From: the human T2T-CHM13v2.0 reference genome, Homo sapiens
Direction: 5' to 3' (one strand)
NCBI RefSeq assembly: GCF_009914755.1
Contig: NC_060940.1
DNA: 64,000 nt
How positions within the stretch are numbered: the stretch's first letter is position 1; each line of letters begins with the position of its first letter. Below are positions 30,561 to 45,700 of this stretch, in pieces. The position numbers and the translations under genes are program-made. The notes beneath the pieces were generated by a model. The model did no database searches, had not been told where the DNA came from, and was given only the letters and a program-made list of their open reading frames with translations.

Positions 30561-33500
30561 GGATTCCATTCGATGATGATTCCATTCAAATCCATTCGAT
30601 AATTCAATTCAAGTCCATTCGATGATGATTCCAATCGAATCCATTCAAAGATTCCATTCAGTTCCATTCGATGATTCCCTTAGATTCCATTCGATGATTC
30701 CACTTGATTGCATTTACGATGATTCCATTCGATTCCATGTGATGATTCCATTCAATTCTATTCAATGATGTCTCCATTTGATTCCATTCGACCATGATTG
30801 CCTTTGATTCCATTCAATGATTCCATTCGGTTCCGTTTGATGATGATTCCGTTCGATTCCATTTGATGATTCCATTTGATTCCATTGGATGAGTCCATTC
30901 GATTACATTCGATGATTATTCCATTCGAGTGCATTAGATGATTCCATTCGAGTCCATTCGATGATTCCATTCGATTCCATTCGATGTTGATTCTGTTCAA
31001 ATCCATTCGATGATTCCACTCGATTCCATTCGTTGACTCCATTTGATCCCATTCGATGATTTCCTTTGATTCCCTTTGATGATCATTCCATTTGATTCAA
31101 TTCGGTGATTTCATTTGATTCCATTCAGTGATGTTTCCATTCGACTCCATTCGATGATGATTCCATTCGACTCCATTCGATTATGATTTCATTCAATTCC
31201 ATTCGATAATGATTCCCTTCGAGTCCATTCGATGATTCCATTCGATTCCATTCAACGATGATTTGATTCGTGTCCATTCGATGATTCCATTTGATTCCAC
31301 TTGATGATGATTCCATTCGAGTCCATTTGATGATTCCATTCAATTCCATACTCCGATGATTTCTTTTGAGCCCACTCAATGCTTCCACTCGATTCCATAT
31401 GATGATGACTCCATTCGATGAAATTCGATGATGATTCCATTCGCTTGCTTTCGATGATGATTCCACTTGAGTCCGTTAGAAGATTCTATTCAATTACATT
31501 CCATGACGATTCCGTTCGAGTCCATTTGATGATTCCATTAGACTCCATTCGACGATGATTCCATTCGATGTTATTCGATGATTCCATTCGATCTCATTCG
31601 ATGATGATTCCATTCAACTCCATTCGATGTTTCCATTCGAGTTCATTCTATTATTCCATTAGATTCCATTCGATGATGATTCCATTCGATTCCATTTGAT
31701 GATTGCATTCTATTTCATTTGATGATGATTCCATTCGAGTCCACTCGATGATTCCATTCGAGTCCATTTAATGAATCCATTGGTTTCAATTCTATGATGA
31801 TTACATTGGATTCCATTCGTTGATGATTTCATTCGGTTCCATTCAATGATGATTCCATTCAATTCCTTTCAATGTTTCCATTCAATTCCATACGATGATG
31901 ATTCCATTTGATTTGATTCGACAGTGAGCCATTCGATTCAATTCCATGACGATTCTATTTGATTCAATTGGTTGACATTTCCATTCGATTCCATTCGATG
32001 ATGATTCCCTTTGATTCCGTTCAAAGATGATTCCATTCTAGCCCATTCAATCATTCCATTCGATTCTATTCAATGATGATTCCATTCATGTCGATTTGGT
32101 GATTCCATTTGACTTCATTTGATGATGATTCCTTTCAAGTTCATTAGATGATTCCATTCGATTCCATTTGATGATGATCCCATTCGAGTCCATTCAGTGA
32201 TTCCATTCGTTTCTATTCCATGATGATTCCATTCCTTTCCATTCAATGATTGCATTCGATTCCGTTTGATGATGATTTCATTCGAGTCCATTTGATGATT
32301 CCATTTGATTCCATTCGATGATGATTCCATTCGAGTCCATTCGATGATTCTATTCGAATCCATTTGATGATTTCTTTTGATTATATTTGGTGATGATTCC
32401 ATTGGAGTCCATTCAATGATTCCATTCGATTCCAATCGATGATGATTCCATTAGAGTCCATTTAATGATTCCATTTGATTCCAGTCTCTGATGATTACAT
32501 TCGAGTCCATACGATGATTCCACTCAATTCCATATGATGATGATTCCATTTGATTCCATTCGGTGATTCCATTCTATTCTATTCAATGGTGATTCCATTC
32601 GAGTACATTAGATGATTCCATTCGATTCCATTCAATGATGATTCTATTTGTGTCCCTTAGATGATTCCGCATGATTCCATTAGATGATGATACTATTTGA
32701 GCCCATCCAATGATTCCCTTCGATTCCATTCGATGAGGATTCCATTCGATTCAATTCATTGGTGATTCTATTCAATTCAATTCTTTGATTCCATTCCATT
32801 CCATTCGACAATGATTCCATTCGATTTCTTTCGATGATTCCACTCGATTCCACTTGACATTGATTCCATTCGATTCCATTCAATGATTCCATTTGATTCC
32901 AGTGGATGATGATTGCCATCGATTCCATTCGATCACTCCATTCTATTCCATTTGATGATGATTACATTCGATTCCATTTGATGATTCCATCTGATTCTAT
33001 TCGAGGATTCCATTTGATTCCATTCGATGATGATTCCATTCGAGTCCATTCGATGATTTCATTCGAGTACATCCAATGATTCCATTCGAGTCCATTAGAT
33101 GATTCCATTTGATTCCATTTGAAAATGATTCTACTAGAGTCCATTCAATGACTCCATTCGAGTCCATTCAACAATTCCATTCGACTCCATTCGATGATTC
33201 CATTCGATTCCATTTGATGGTTCCATTCGAGTCCATTTAATCATTACAGTCGAGTCCATTTGGTGATTCCACTGGATTTCTTTTGATAATGATACCATTC
33301 AATTACATTTGATGATGATCCCATTCAATTTCATTTGATGATGATTCCATTAGAGTCCATTCGATGATTTCATTCGAGTCCCTTCATTGATTCCATCCGA
33401 TTTCATTGGATGATGACTCCATTCGAGTCCATTCGATGATTCCACTCGATTCCATTAGATGACTCCATTGGAGTCCATTTGATTGTTCCATTCGATTCCA

Positions 33501-36500
33501 TTCGATTCCTTTCGAAGATTATTCCATTTGAGTCCATTCGATGATGATTCCATTCCATTCCATTCGATGATTCCGTTTGATTCCATTCGATGATTCCCTT
33601 CGATTCCTTTCTTTGATGATTCCATTCCATTCCATTCAATGATTCCATTCGAATCTATTCCATGATGATTCCTTTCGATTCCATTCGCTGATGTTTCCGT
33701 TCAATTCCATTCGATGATGATTCCATTCGATTCCATTCATTGAGGATTCCATTTGATTCCATTCAATGATGATTCCATTCTATTCCATTCAATGATTGCA
33801 TTCAATTCCATTCAATGATTATCCCCTTAGAGTAAACTCAACGATTCCATTCAATACCATTCGATGATGATTCCTTTTGAGTCCATTCAATGATTTCATT
33901 CAAGTCCATTTGATGATTCCTTTCAATTCCATTCTATGATGATTCCATTCGAGTCCATTCGATGATTCCATTCGATTGCATTCGATGATTCCATTATATT
34001 CCATTCAACGGTGATTCCATTCGAGTCAATTCCATGATTCCATTAGAGTACATTTAATGATTGCTTTGTTTTCAATTCGAAGATGATTACATTGGATTCC
34101 ATTCTATGATACCATTCGATTCCATTCAATGATGATTCCACTCAAATCCATTGGATGATTCCATTCGTGTCCATTCGGTGATTTCATTACATTCCATTCG
34201 AGGATGATTCCATTCGATTCCATTCGATGATTCCATTCAATTCCATTCGATGATGATTCCATTCCAGTCCATATGATCATTCCATTTGATTTCATTCGAT
34301 GATGATTCCATTCGATTCGATTCGACGATTCCATTCTATTCCATTCGATGATGATTCCATTCGAGTCCATTCGATGATTCCATTCGAGTCCATTTAATGA
34401 TTCCATTGGGTTCAATTCAATGATGATTACATTGGATTCCGTTCTATGATTCCATTCAATTCCGTTCATTGACAATTTGATTCCATTCGATGATGATTCC
34501 ATTTGAGTTCATTCGATGATTCTATTCGATTCTCTTCGATGGTGATTCAATTCTATTATATTGGATGATTCCATTCGATTCCATTTGATGTTGATTCAAT
34601 TCGATTCTATTCGATGATGATTCCATTGGATTTCACTTGATGATTCTATTCGATTCCATTCAATGATGATTCACTTCTCGTCCATTGGATGATTCCATTT
34701 CATTCCATTCGATGATGATTCCATTCGATTCCATTCGATGATTCCATTTGATTCCATGCGACGGTGAGCAATTCGATTCAATTCCATGATGATTCTATTT
34801 GATTCAATTAGATGATGTTTCCATTCGAATCCATTCCATGATTATTCCATTGGAATCCATTCGGCGATGATTCCATATGAGTCAATTCAATGATGATTCC
34901 ATATGGGTCCGTTCGATGATAATTCCATTTGATTTCATTCGGTGCTTCTATTCAATTCCAGTCGATGATGATTCCGTTGGAGTCCATACGATGATTCCAT
35001 TTGATTTCATTTGATGATGATTCCATTCGATGATGATTACATTGGATTCCATTCTATGATTCCATTCAATTCCATTCGTTGATGATTCGATTCCATTCAA
35101 TGATGATTCCATTTGAGTTCATTCGATGATTCTATTCGATTCCGTTCGATGGTGATTCAATTCTATTATATTGGATGATTCCACTCGATTCCATTTGATG
35201 ATTATTCCATTGGAGTCCACTTAGTGAATCCTTTAGATTCTACTCGACGATGATTCCATTCGAGTCCATTCGATGATACCATTCAATTCCATTCGTTGAT
35301 GCTTCCATTCAAGTGCATTCGATGATATCATTCGATTCCATTTGATGATAATTCCATTTGATTCCGTGCGATGATTCTATTCGATTCCATTCAATGATAA
35401 TTCCATTCAATTCAGTGATTCCTCTGGACTCCATTTGATGATGATTCCATTCAATGATTCCATTCGATTCTATTCGAAAATCATTCCATTTGAATCCATT
35501 TGATGATGATTCCATTAGATTCCATTTGATGATTCCATTCGATTCCATTCGACGATGATTCCATTCGATTCCGTTTGATGATTCCATTCTATTCTATTCG
35601 ATGATGATTCCATTCGATTCCATTCGATGATGATTGGATTCGATTCCATTTGATGATTTCATTTGATTCCATTCGTTAATGATTTCGATCAATTCCATTC
35701 GATGATTCCATTCGATTCCATTTGATAATGATTACATCCGAGTCCATTCGATGATTCCCTTTGAGCCTGTTCGATAATTCCATTTGAGTCCAACCAATGA
35801 TTCCATTCATTTCCATTCAATGATTCCATTCGAGTCCATTTGATCATTCCGGTAGGGTCCATTCGATGTTGATTCCATTGGAGTGCATTCGATGATTCCA
35901 TTCGAGTCCATTTTAGGATTTGATTCGAGTCCTTTCGATGATTCCATTCGATTCCACTCGATGATGATTTCATTCGAGTCCATTCGACACTTCCAATCGA
36001 TTCCATTTGATGATTCCATTCGAGTCCAATTGATGATTCCATTCAATTCCATTCGATGATGATTCCGTACGATTCCATTCTGTGATGATTCCATGTGATT
36101 GCATTCAATGATGATTCCTTTCGATTGTATTCGATTATGATTCATTTCGTGTTCATTCTATGGTTCCACAGGTTTCCATTCGTGTCCATTCCATTATTCC
36201 ATTCTATTCCATTTGATGATGATTCCATTCGATTCCATTCATTGGTGATTCCACTCAATTCCATTCAATGATTCCATTCCATTTCTTTCAACAATGATTC
36301 CATTAGTTTCTAATCGATGATCCACTTGATTCCATTTGACGACGATTCCATTCTTGTCCATTCGATGATTCCATTTGATTCCATATGATGATGATTCCAT
36401 TCGATTCCATACCATGATGATTCCATTCGAGTCCATTCAATGGTGATTCCATTCAATTCCATTCGATGATTCCTTTTGATTCCATTCGATGATGATGGCA

Positions 36501-36672
36501 TTCGATTCCTTTCAATCATTCCCTTTGATTCCATTCAAAGGTGATTTCATTCAAGTCCATTCGATAATTGCATTCGATTCCATTCTATGATGATTCCATT
36601 CGAGTCCATTTGATGATTCCATTCAATTCAAGTCAATGATGATTCCATTCGATTCCATTCGATGATTCCATT
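30561..36672 (+). repeat. 6,112-bp unit, copy 6 (mostly copy-3-like)
   Basis: ORF offsets +30560. Shares CGGTGCTTCTATTCAATTCC (~34940) with copy 3 (~16604). Confidence 0.97.
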
Positions 36673-39600
36673 GGATTCCATTCGATGATGATTCCATTCA
36701 AATCCATTCGATAATTCAATTCAAGTCCATTCGATGATGATTCCAATCGAATCCATTCAAAGATTCCATTCAGTTCCATTCGATGATTCCCTTAGATTCC
36801 ATTCGATGATTCCACTTGATTGCATTTACGATGATTCCATTCGATTCCATGTGATGATTCCATTCAATTCTATTCAATGATGTCTCCATTTGATTCCATT
36901 CGACCATGATTGCCTTTGATTCCATTCAATGATTCCATTCGGTTCCGTTTGATGATGATTCCGTTCGATTCCATTTGATGATTCCATTTGATTCCATTGG
37001 ATGAGTCCATTCGATTACATTCGATGATTATTCCATTCGAGTGCATTAGATGATTCCATTCGAGTCCATTCGATGATTCCATTCGATTCCATTCGATGTT
37101 GATTCTGTTCAAATCCATTCGATGATTCCACTCGATTCCATTCGTTGACTCCATTTGATCCCATTCGATGATTTCCTTTGATTCCCTTTGATGATCATTC
37201 CATTTGATTCAATTCGGTGATTTCATTTGATTCCATTCAGTGATGTTTCCATTCGACTCCATTCGATGATGATTCCATTCGACTCCATTCGATTATGATT
37301 TCATTCAATTCCATTCGATAATGATTCCCTTCGAGTCCATTCGATGATTCCATTCGATTCCATTCAACGATGATTTGATTCGTGTCCATTCGATGATTCC
37401 ATTTGATTCCACTTGATGATGATTCCATTCGAGTCCATTTGATGATTCCATTCAATTCCATACTCCGATGATTTCTTTTGAGCCCACTCAATGCTTCCAC
37501 TCGATTCCATATGATGATGACTCCATTCGATGAAATTCGATGATGATTCCATTCGCTTGCTTTCGATGATGATTCCACTTGAGTCCGTTAGAAGATTCTA
37601 TTCAATTACATTCCATGACGATTCCGTTCGAGTCCATTTGATGATTCCATTAGACTCCATTCGACGATGATTCCATTCGATGTTATTCGATGATTCCATT
37701 CGATCTCATTCGATGATGATTCCATTCAACTCCATTCGATGTTTCCATTCGAGTTCATTCTATTATTCCATTAGATTCCATTCGATGATGATTCCATTCG
37801 ATTCCATTTGATGATTGCATTCTATTTCATTTGATGATGATTCCATTCGAGTCCACTCGATGATTCCATTCGAGTCCATTTAATGAATCCATTGGTTTCA
37901 ATTCTATGATGATTACATTGGATTCCATTCGTTGATGATTTCATTCGGTTCCATTCAATGATGATTCCATTCAATTCCTTTCAATGTTTCCATTCAATTC
38001 CATACGATGATGATTCCATTTGATTTGATTCGACAGTGAGCCATTCGATTCAATTCCATGACGATTCTATTTGATTCAATTGGTTGACATTTCCATTCGA
38101 TTCCATTCGATGATGATTCCCTTTGATTCCGTTCAAAGATGATTCCATTCTAGCCCATTCAATCATTCCATTCGATTCTATTCAATGATGATTCCATTCA
38201 TGTCGATTTGGTGATTCCATTTGACTTCATTTGATGATGATTCCTTTCAAGTTCATTAGATGATTCCATTCGATTCCATTTGATGATGATCCCATTCGAG
38301 TCCATTCAGTGATTCCATTCGTTTCCATTCCATGATGATTCCATTCCTTTCCATTCAATGATTCCATTCGATTCCGTTTGATGATGATTTCATTCGAGTC
38401 CATTTGATGATTCCATTTGATTCCATTCGATGATGATTCCATTCGAGTCCATTCGATGATTCTATTCGAATCCATTTGATGATTTCCTTTAATTATATTT
38501 GGTGATGATTCCATTGGAGTCCATTCAATGATTCCATTCTATTCCAATCGATGATGATTCCATTAGAGTCCATTTAATGATTCCATTTGATTCCAGTCTC
38601 TGATGATTACATTCGAGTCCATACGATGATTCCACTCAATTCCATATGATGATGATTCCATTTGATTCCATTCGGTGATTCCATTCTATTCTATTCAATG
38701 GTGATTCCATTCGAGTACATTAGATGATTCCATTCGATTCCATTCAATGATGATTCTATTTGTGTCCCTTAGATGATTCCGCATGATTCCATTAGATGAT
38801 GATACTATTTGAGCCCATCCAATGATTCCCTTCGATTCCATTCGATGAGGATTCCATTCGATTCAATTCATTGGTGATTCTATTCAATTCAATTCTTTGA
38901 TTCCATTCCATTCCATTCGACAATGATTCCATTCGATTTCTTTCGATGATTCCACTCGATTCCACTTGACATTGATTCCATTCGATTCCATTCAATGATT
39001 CCATTTGATTCCAGTGGATGATGATTGCCATCGATTCCATTCGATCACTCCATTCTATTCCATTTGATGATGATTACATTCGATTCCATTTGATGATTCC
39101 ATCTGATTCTATTCGAGGATTCCATTTGATTCCATTCGATGATGATTCCATTCGAGTCCATTCGATGATTTCATTCGAGTACATCCAATGATTCCATTCG
39201 AGTCCATTAGATGATTCCATTTGATTCCATTTGAAAATGATTCTACTAGAGTCCATTCAATGACTCCATTCGAGTCCATTCAACAATTCCATTCGACTCC
39301 ATTCGATGATTCCATTCGATTCCATTTGATGGTTCCATTCGAGTCCATTTAATCATTACAGTCGAGTCCATTTGGTGATTCCACTGGATTTCTTTTGATA
39401 ATGATACCATTCAATTACATTTGATGATGATCCCATTCAATTTCATTTGATGATGATTCCATTAGAGTCCATTCGATGATTTCATTCGAGTCCCTTCATT
39501 GATTCCATCCGATTTCATTGGATGATGACTCCATTCGAGTCCATTCGATGATTCCACTCGATTCCATTAGATGACTCCATTGGAGTCCATTTGATTGTTC

Positions 39601-42600
39601 CATTCGATTCCATTCGATTCCTTTCGAAGATTATTCCATTTGAGTCCATTCGATGATGATTCCATTCCATTCCATTCGATGATTCCGTTTGATTCCATTC
39701 GATGATTCCCTTCGATTCCTTTCTTTGATGATTCCATTCCATTCCATTCAATGATTCCATTCGAATCTATTCCATGATGATTCCTTTCGATTCCATTCGC
39801 TGATGTTTCCGTTCAATTCCATTCGATGATGATTCCATTCGATTCCATTCATTGAGGATTCCATTTGATTCCATTCAATGATGATTCCATTCTATTCCAT
39901 TCAATGATTGCATTCAATTCCATTCAATGATTATCCCCTTAGAGTAAACTCAACGATTCCATTCAATACCATTCGATGATGATTCCTTTTGAGTCCATTC
40001 AATGATTTCATTCAAGTCCATTTGATGATTCCTTTCAATTCCATTCTATGATGATTCCATTCGAGTCCATTCGATGATTCCATTCGATTGCATTCGATGA
40101 TTCCATTATATTCCATTCAACAGTGATTCCATTCGAGTCAATTCCATGATTCCATTAGAGTACATTTAATGATTGCTTTGTTTTCAATTCGAAGATGATT
40201 ACATTGGATTCCATTCTATGATACCATTCGATTCCATTCAATGATGATTCCACTCAAATCCATTGGATGATTCCATTCGTGTCCATTCGGTGATTTCATT
40301 ACATTCCATTCGAGGATGATTCCATTCGATTCCATTCGATGATTCCATTCAATTCCATTCGATGATGATTCCATTCCAGTCCATATGATCATTCCATTTG
40401 ATTTCATTCGATGATGATTCCATTCGATTCGATTCGACGATTCCATTCTATTCCATTCGATGATGATTCCATTCGAGTCCATTCGATGATTCCATTCGAG
40501 TCCATTTAATGATTCCATTGGGTTCAATTCAATGATGATTACATTGGATTCCGTTCTATGATTCCATTCAATTCCGTTCATTGACAATTTGATTCCATTC
40601 GATGATGATTCCATTTGAGTTCATTCGATGATTCTATTCGATTCTCTTCGATGGTGATTCAATTCTATTATATTGGATGATTCCATTCGATTCCATTTGA
40701 TGTTGATTCAATTCGATTCTATTCGATGATGATTCCATTGGATTTCACTTGATGATTCTATTCGATTCCATTCAATGATGATTCACTTCTCGTCCATTGG
40801 ATGATTCCATTTCATTCCATTCGATGATGATTCCATTCGATTCCATTCGATGATTCCATTTGATTCCATGCGACGGTGAGCAATTCGATTCAATTCCATG
40901 ATGATTCTATTTGATTCAATTAGATGATGTTTCCATTCGAATCCATTCCATGATTATTCCATTGGAATCCATTCGGCGATGATTCCATATGAGTCAATTC
41001 AATGATGATTCCATATGGGTCCGTTCGATGATAATTCCATTTGATTTCATTCGATGCTTCTATTCTATTCCAGTCGATGATGATTCCGTTGGAGTCCATA
41101 CGATGATTCCATTTGATTTCATTTGATGATGATTCCATTCGATGATGATTACATTGGATTCCATTCTATGATTCCATTCAATTCCATTCGTTGATGATTC
41201 GATTCCATTCAATGATGATTCCATTTGAGTTCATTCGATGATTCTATTCGATTCCGTTCGATGGTGATTCAATTCTATTATATTGGATGATTCCACTCGA
41301 TTCCATTTGATGATTATTCCATTGGAGTCCACTTAGTGAATCCTTTAGATTCTACTCGACGATGATTCCATTCGAGTCCATTCGATGATACCATTCAATT
41401 CCATTCGTTGATGCTTCCATTCAAGTGCATTCGATGATATCATTCGATTCCATTTGATGATAATTCCATTTGATTCCATGCGATGATTCTATTCGATTCC
41501 ATTCAATGATAATTCCATTCAATTCAGTGATTCCTCTGGACTCCATTTGATGATGATTCCATTCAATGATTCCATTCGATTCTATTCGAAAATGATTCCA
41601 TTTGAATCCATTTGATGATGATTCCATTAGATTCCATTTGATGATTCCATTCGATTCCATTCGACGATGATTCCATTCGATTCCGTTTGATGATTCCATT
41701 CTATTCTATTCGATGATGATTCCATTCGATTCCATTCGATGATGATTGGATTCGATTCCATTTGATGATTTCATTTGATTCCATTCGTTAATGATTTCGA
41801 TCAATTCCATTCGATGATTCCATTCGATTCCATTCGATAATGATTACATCCGAGTCCATTCGATGATTCCCTTTGAGCCTGTTCGATAATTCCATTTGAG
41901 TCCAACCAATGATTCCATTCATTTCCATTCAATGATTCCATTCGAGTCCATTTGATCATTCCGGTAGGGTCCATTCGATGTTGATTCCATTGGAGTGCAT
42001 TCGATGATTCCATTCGAGTCCATTTTAGGATTTGATTCGAGTCCTTTCGATGATTCCATTCGATTCCACTCGATGATGATTTCATTCGAGTCCATTCGAC
42101 ACTTCCAATCGATTCCATTTGATGATTCCATTCGAGTCCAATTGATGATTCCATTCAATTCCATTCGATGATGATTCCGTACGATTCCATTCTGTGATGA
42201 TTCCATGTGATTGCATTCAATGATGATTCCTTTCGATTGCATTCGATTATGATTCATTTCGTGTTCATTCTATGGTTCCACAGGTTTCCATTCGTGTCCA
42301 TTCCATTATTCCATTCTATTCCATTTGATGATGATTCCATTCGATTCCATTCATTGGTGATTCCACTCAATTCCATTCAATGATTCCATTCCATTTCTTT
42401 CAACAATGATTCCATTAGTTTCTAATCGATGATCCACTTGATTCCATTTGACGACGATTCCATTCTTGTCCATTCGATGATTCCATTTGATTCCATATGA
42501 TGATGATTCCATTCGATTCCATACCATGATGATTCCATTCGAGTCCATTCAATGGTGATTCCATTCAATTCCATTCGATGATTCCTTTTGATTCCATTCG

Positions 42601-42784
42601 ATGATGATGGCATTCGATTCCTTTCAATCATTCCCTTTGATTCCATTCAAAGGTGATTTCATTCAAGTCCATTCGATAATTGCATTCGATTCCATTCTAT
42701 GATGATTCCATTCGAGTCCATTTGATGATTCCATTCAATTCAAGTCAATGATGATTCCATTCGATTCCATTCGATGATTCCATT
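36673..42784 (+). repeat. 6,112-bp unit, copy 7 (copy-4-like)
   Basis: ORF offsets +36672. Translations are identical to copy 4; shares TCAACAGTGA (~40117 vs 21781). Confidence 0.97.
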
Positions 42785-45700
42785 GGATTCCATTCGATGA
42801 TGATTCCATTCAAATCCATTCGATAATTCAATTCAAGTCCATTCGATGATGATTCCAATCGAATCCATTCAAAGATTCCATTCAGTTCCATTCGATGATT
42901 CCCTTAGATTCCATTCGATGATTCCACTTGATTGCATTTACGATGATTCCATTCGATTCCATGTGATGATTCCATTCAATTCTATTCAATGATGTCTCCA
43001 TTTGATTCCATTCGACCATGATTGCCTTTGATTCCATTCAATGATTCCATTCGGTTCCGTTTGATGATGATTCCGTTCGATTCCATTTGATGATTCCATT
43101 TGATTCCATTGGATGAGTCCATTCGATTACATTCGATGATTATTCCATTCGAGTGCATTAGATGATTCCATTCGAGTCCATTCGATGATTCCATTCGATT
43201 CCATTCGATGTTGATTCTGTTCAAATCCATTCGATGATTCCACTCGATTCCATTCGTTGACTCCATTTGATCCCATTCGATGATTTCCTTTGATTCCCTT
43301 TGATGATCATTCCATTTGATTCAATTCGGTGATTTCATTTGATTCCATTCAGTGATGTTTCCATTCGACTCCATTCGATGATGATTCCATTCGACTCCAT
43401 TCGATTATGATTTCATTCAATTCCATTCGATAATGATTCCCTTCGAGTCCATTCGATGATTCCATTCGATTCCATTCAACGATGATTTGATTCGTGTCCA
43501 TTCGATGATTCCATTTGATTCCACTTGATGATGATTCCATTCGAGTCCATTTGATGATTCCATTCAATTCCATACTCCGATGATTTCTTTTGAGCCCACT
43601 CAATGCTTCCACTCGATTCCATATGATGATGACTCCATTCGATGAAATTCGATGATGATTCCATTCGCTTGCTTTCGATGATGATTCCACTTGAGTCCGT
43701 TAGAAGATTCTATTCAATTACATTCCAGGACGATTCCGTTCGAGTCCATTTGATGATTCCATTAGACTCCATTCGACGATGATTCCATTCGATGTTATTC
43801 GATGATTCCATTCGATCTCATTCGATGATGATTCCATTCAACTCCATTCGATGTTTCCATTCGAGTTCATTCTATTATTCCATTAGATTCCATTCGATGA
43901 TGATTCCATTCGATTCCATTTGATGATTGCATTCTATTTCATTTGATGATGATTCCATTCGAGTCCACTCGATGATTCCATTCGAGTCCATTTAATGAAT
44001 CCATTGGTTTCAATTCTATGATGATTACATTGGATTCCATTCGTTGATGATTTCATTCGGTTCCATTCAATGATGATTCCATTCAATTCCTTTCAATGTT
44101 TCCATTCAATTCCATACGATGATGATTCCATTTGATTTGATTCGACAGTGAGCCATTCGATTCAATTCCATGATGATTCTATTTGATTCAATTGGTTGAC
44201 ATTTCCATTCGATTCCATTCGATGATGATTCCCTTTGATTCCGTTCAAAGATGATTCCATTCTAGCCCATTCAATCATTCCATTCGATTCTATTCAATGA
44301 TGATTCCATTCATGTCGATTTGGTGATTCCATTTGACTTCATTTGATGATGATTCCTTTCAAGTTCATTAGATGATTCCATTCGATTCCATTTGATGATG
44401 ATCCCATTCGAGTCCATTCAGTGATTCCATTCGTTTCCATTCCATGATGATTCCATTCCTTTCCATTCAATGATTCCATTCGATTCCGTTTGATGATGAT
44501 TTCATTCGAGTCCATTTGATGATTCCATTTGATTCCATTCGATGATGATTCCATTCGAGTCCATTCGATGATTCTATTCGAATCCATTTGATGATTTCTT
44601 TTGATTATATTTGGTGATGATTCCATTGGAGTCCATTCAATGATTCCATTCTATTCCAATCGATGATGATTCCATTAGAGTCCATTTAATGATTCCATTT
44701 GATTCCAGTCTCTGATGATTACATTCGAGTCCATACGATGATTCCACTCAATTCCATATGATGATGATTCCATTTGATTCCATTCGGTGATTCCGTTCTA
44801 TTCTATTCAATGGTGATTCCATTCGAGTACATTAGATGATTCCATTCGATTCCATTCAATGATGATTCTATTTGTGTCCCTTAGATGATTCCACATGATT
44901 CCATTAGATGATGATACTATTTGAGCCCATCCAATGATTCCCTTCGATTCCATTCGATGAGGATTCCATTCGATTCAATTCATTGGTGATTCTATTCAAT
45001 TCAATTCTTTGATTCCATTCCATTCCATTCGACAATGATTCCATTCGATTTCTTTCGATGATTCCACTCGATTCCACTTGACATTGATTCCATTCGATTC
45101 CATTCAATGATTCCATTTGATTCCAGTGGATGATGATTGCCATCGATTCCATTCGATCACTCCATTCTATTCCATTTGATGATGATTACATTCGATTCCA
45201 TTTGATGATTCCATCTGATTCTATTCGAGGATTCCATTTGATTCCATTCGATGATGATTCCATTCGAGTCCATTCGATGATTTCATTCGAGTACATCCAA
45301 TGATTCCATTCGAGTCCATTAGATGATTCCATTTGATTCCATTTGAAAATGATTCTACTAGAGTCCATTCAATGACTCCATTCGAGTCCATTCAACAATT
45401 CCATTCGACTCCATTCGATGATTCCATTCGATTCCATTTGATGGTTCCATTCGAGTCCATTTGGTGATTCCACCGGATTTCTTTTGATAATGATATCATT
45501 CAATTACATTTGATGATGATCCCATTCAATTTCATTTGATGATGACTCCATTAGAGTCCATTCGATGATTTCATTCGAGTCCCTTCATTGATTCCATCCG
45601 ATTTCATTGGATGATGACTCCATTCGAGTCCATTCGATGATTCCACTCGATTCCATTAGATGATTCCATTGGAGTCCATTTGATTGTTCCATTCGATTCC

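Noticed and set aside
35715-35730. Copy 6 shares CATTTGATAATG with copies 2 and 5, a possible second conversion tract
   Set aside because: It is a single CpG transition that could be recurrent, so it is insufficient on its own.
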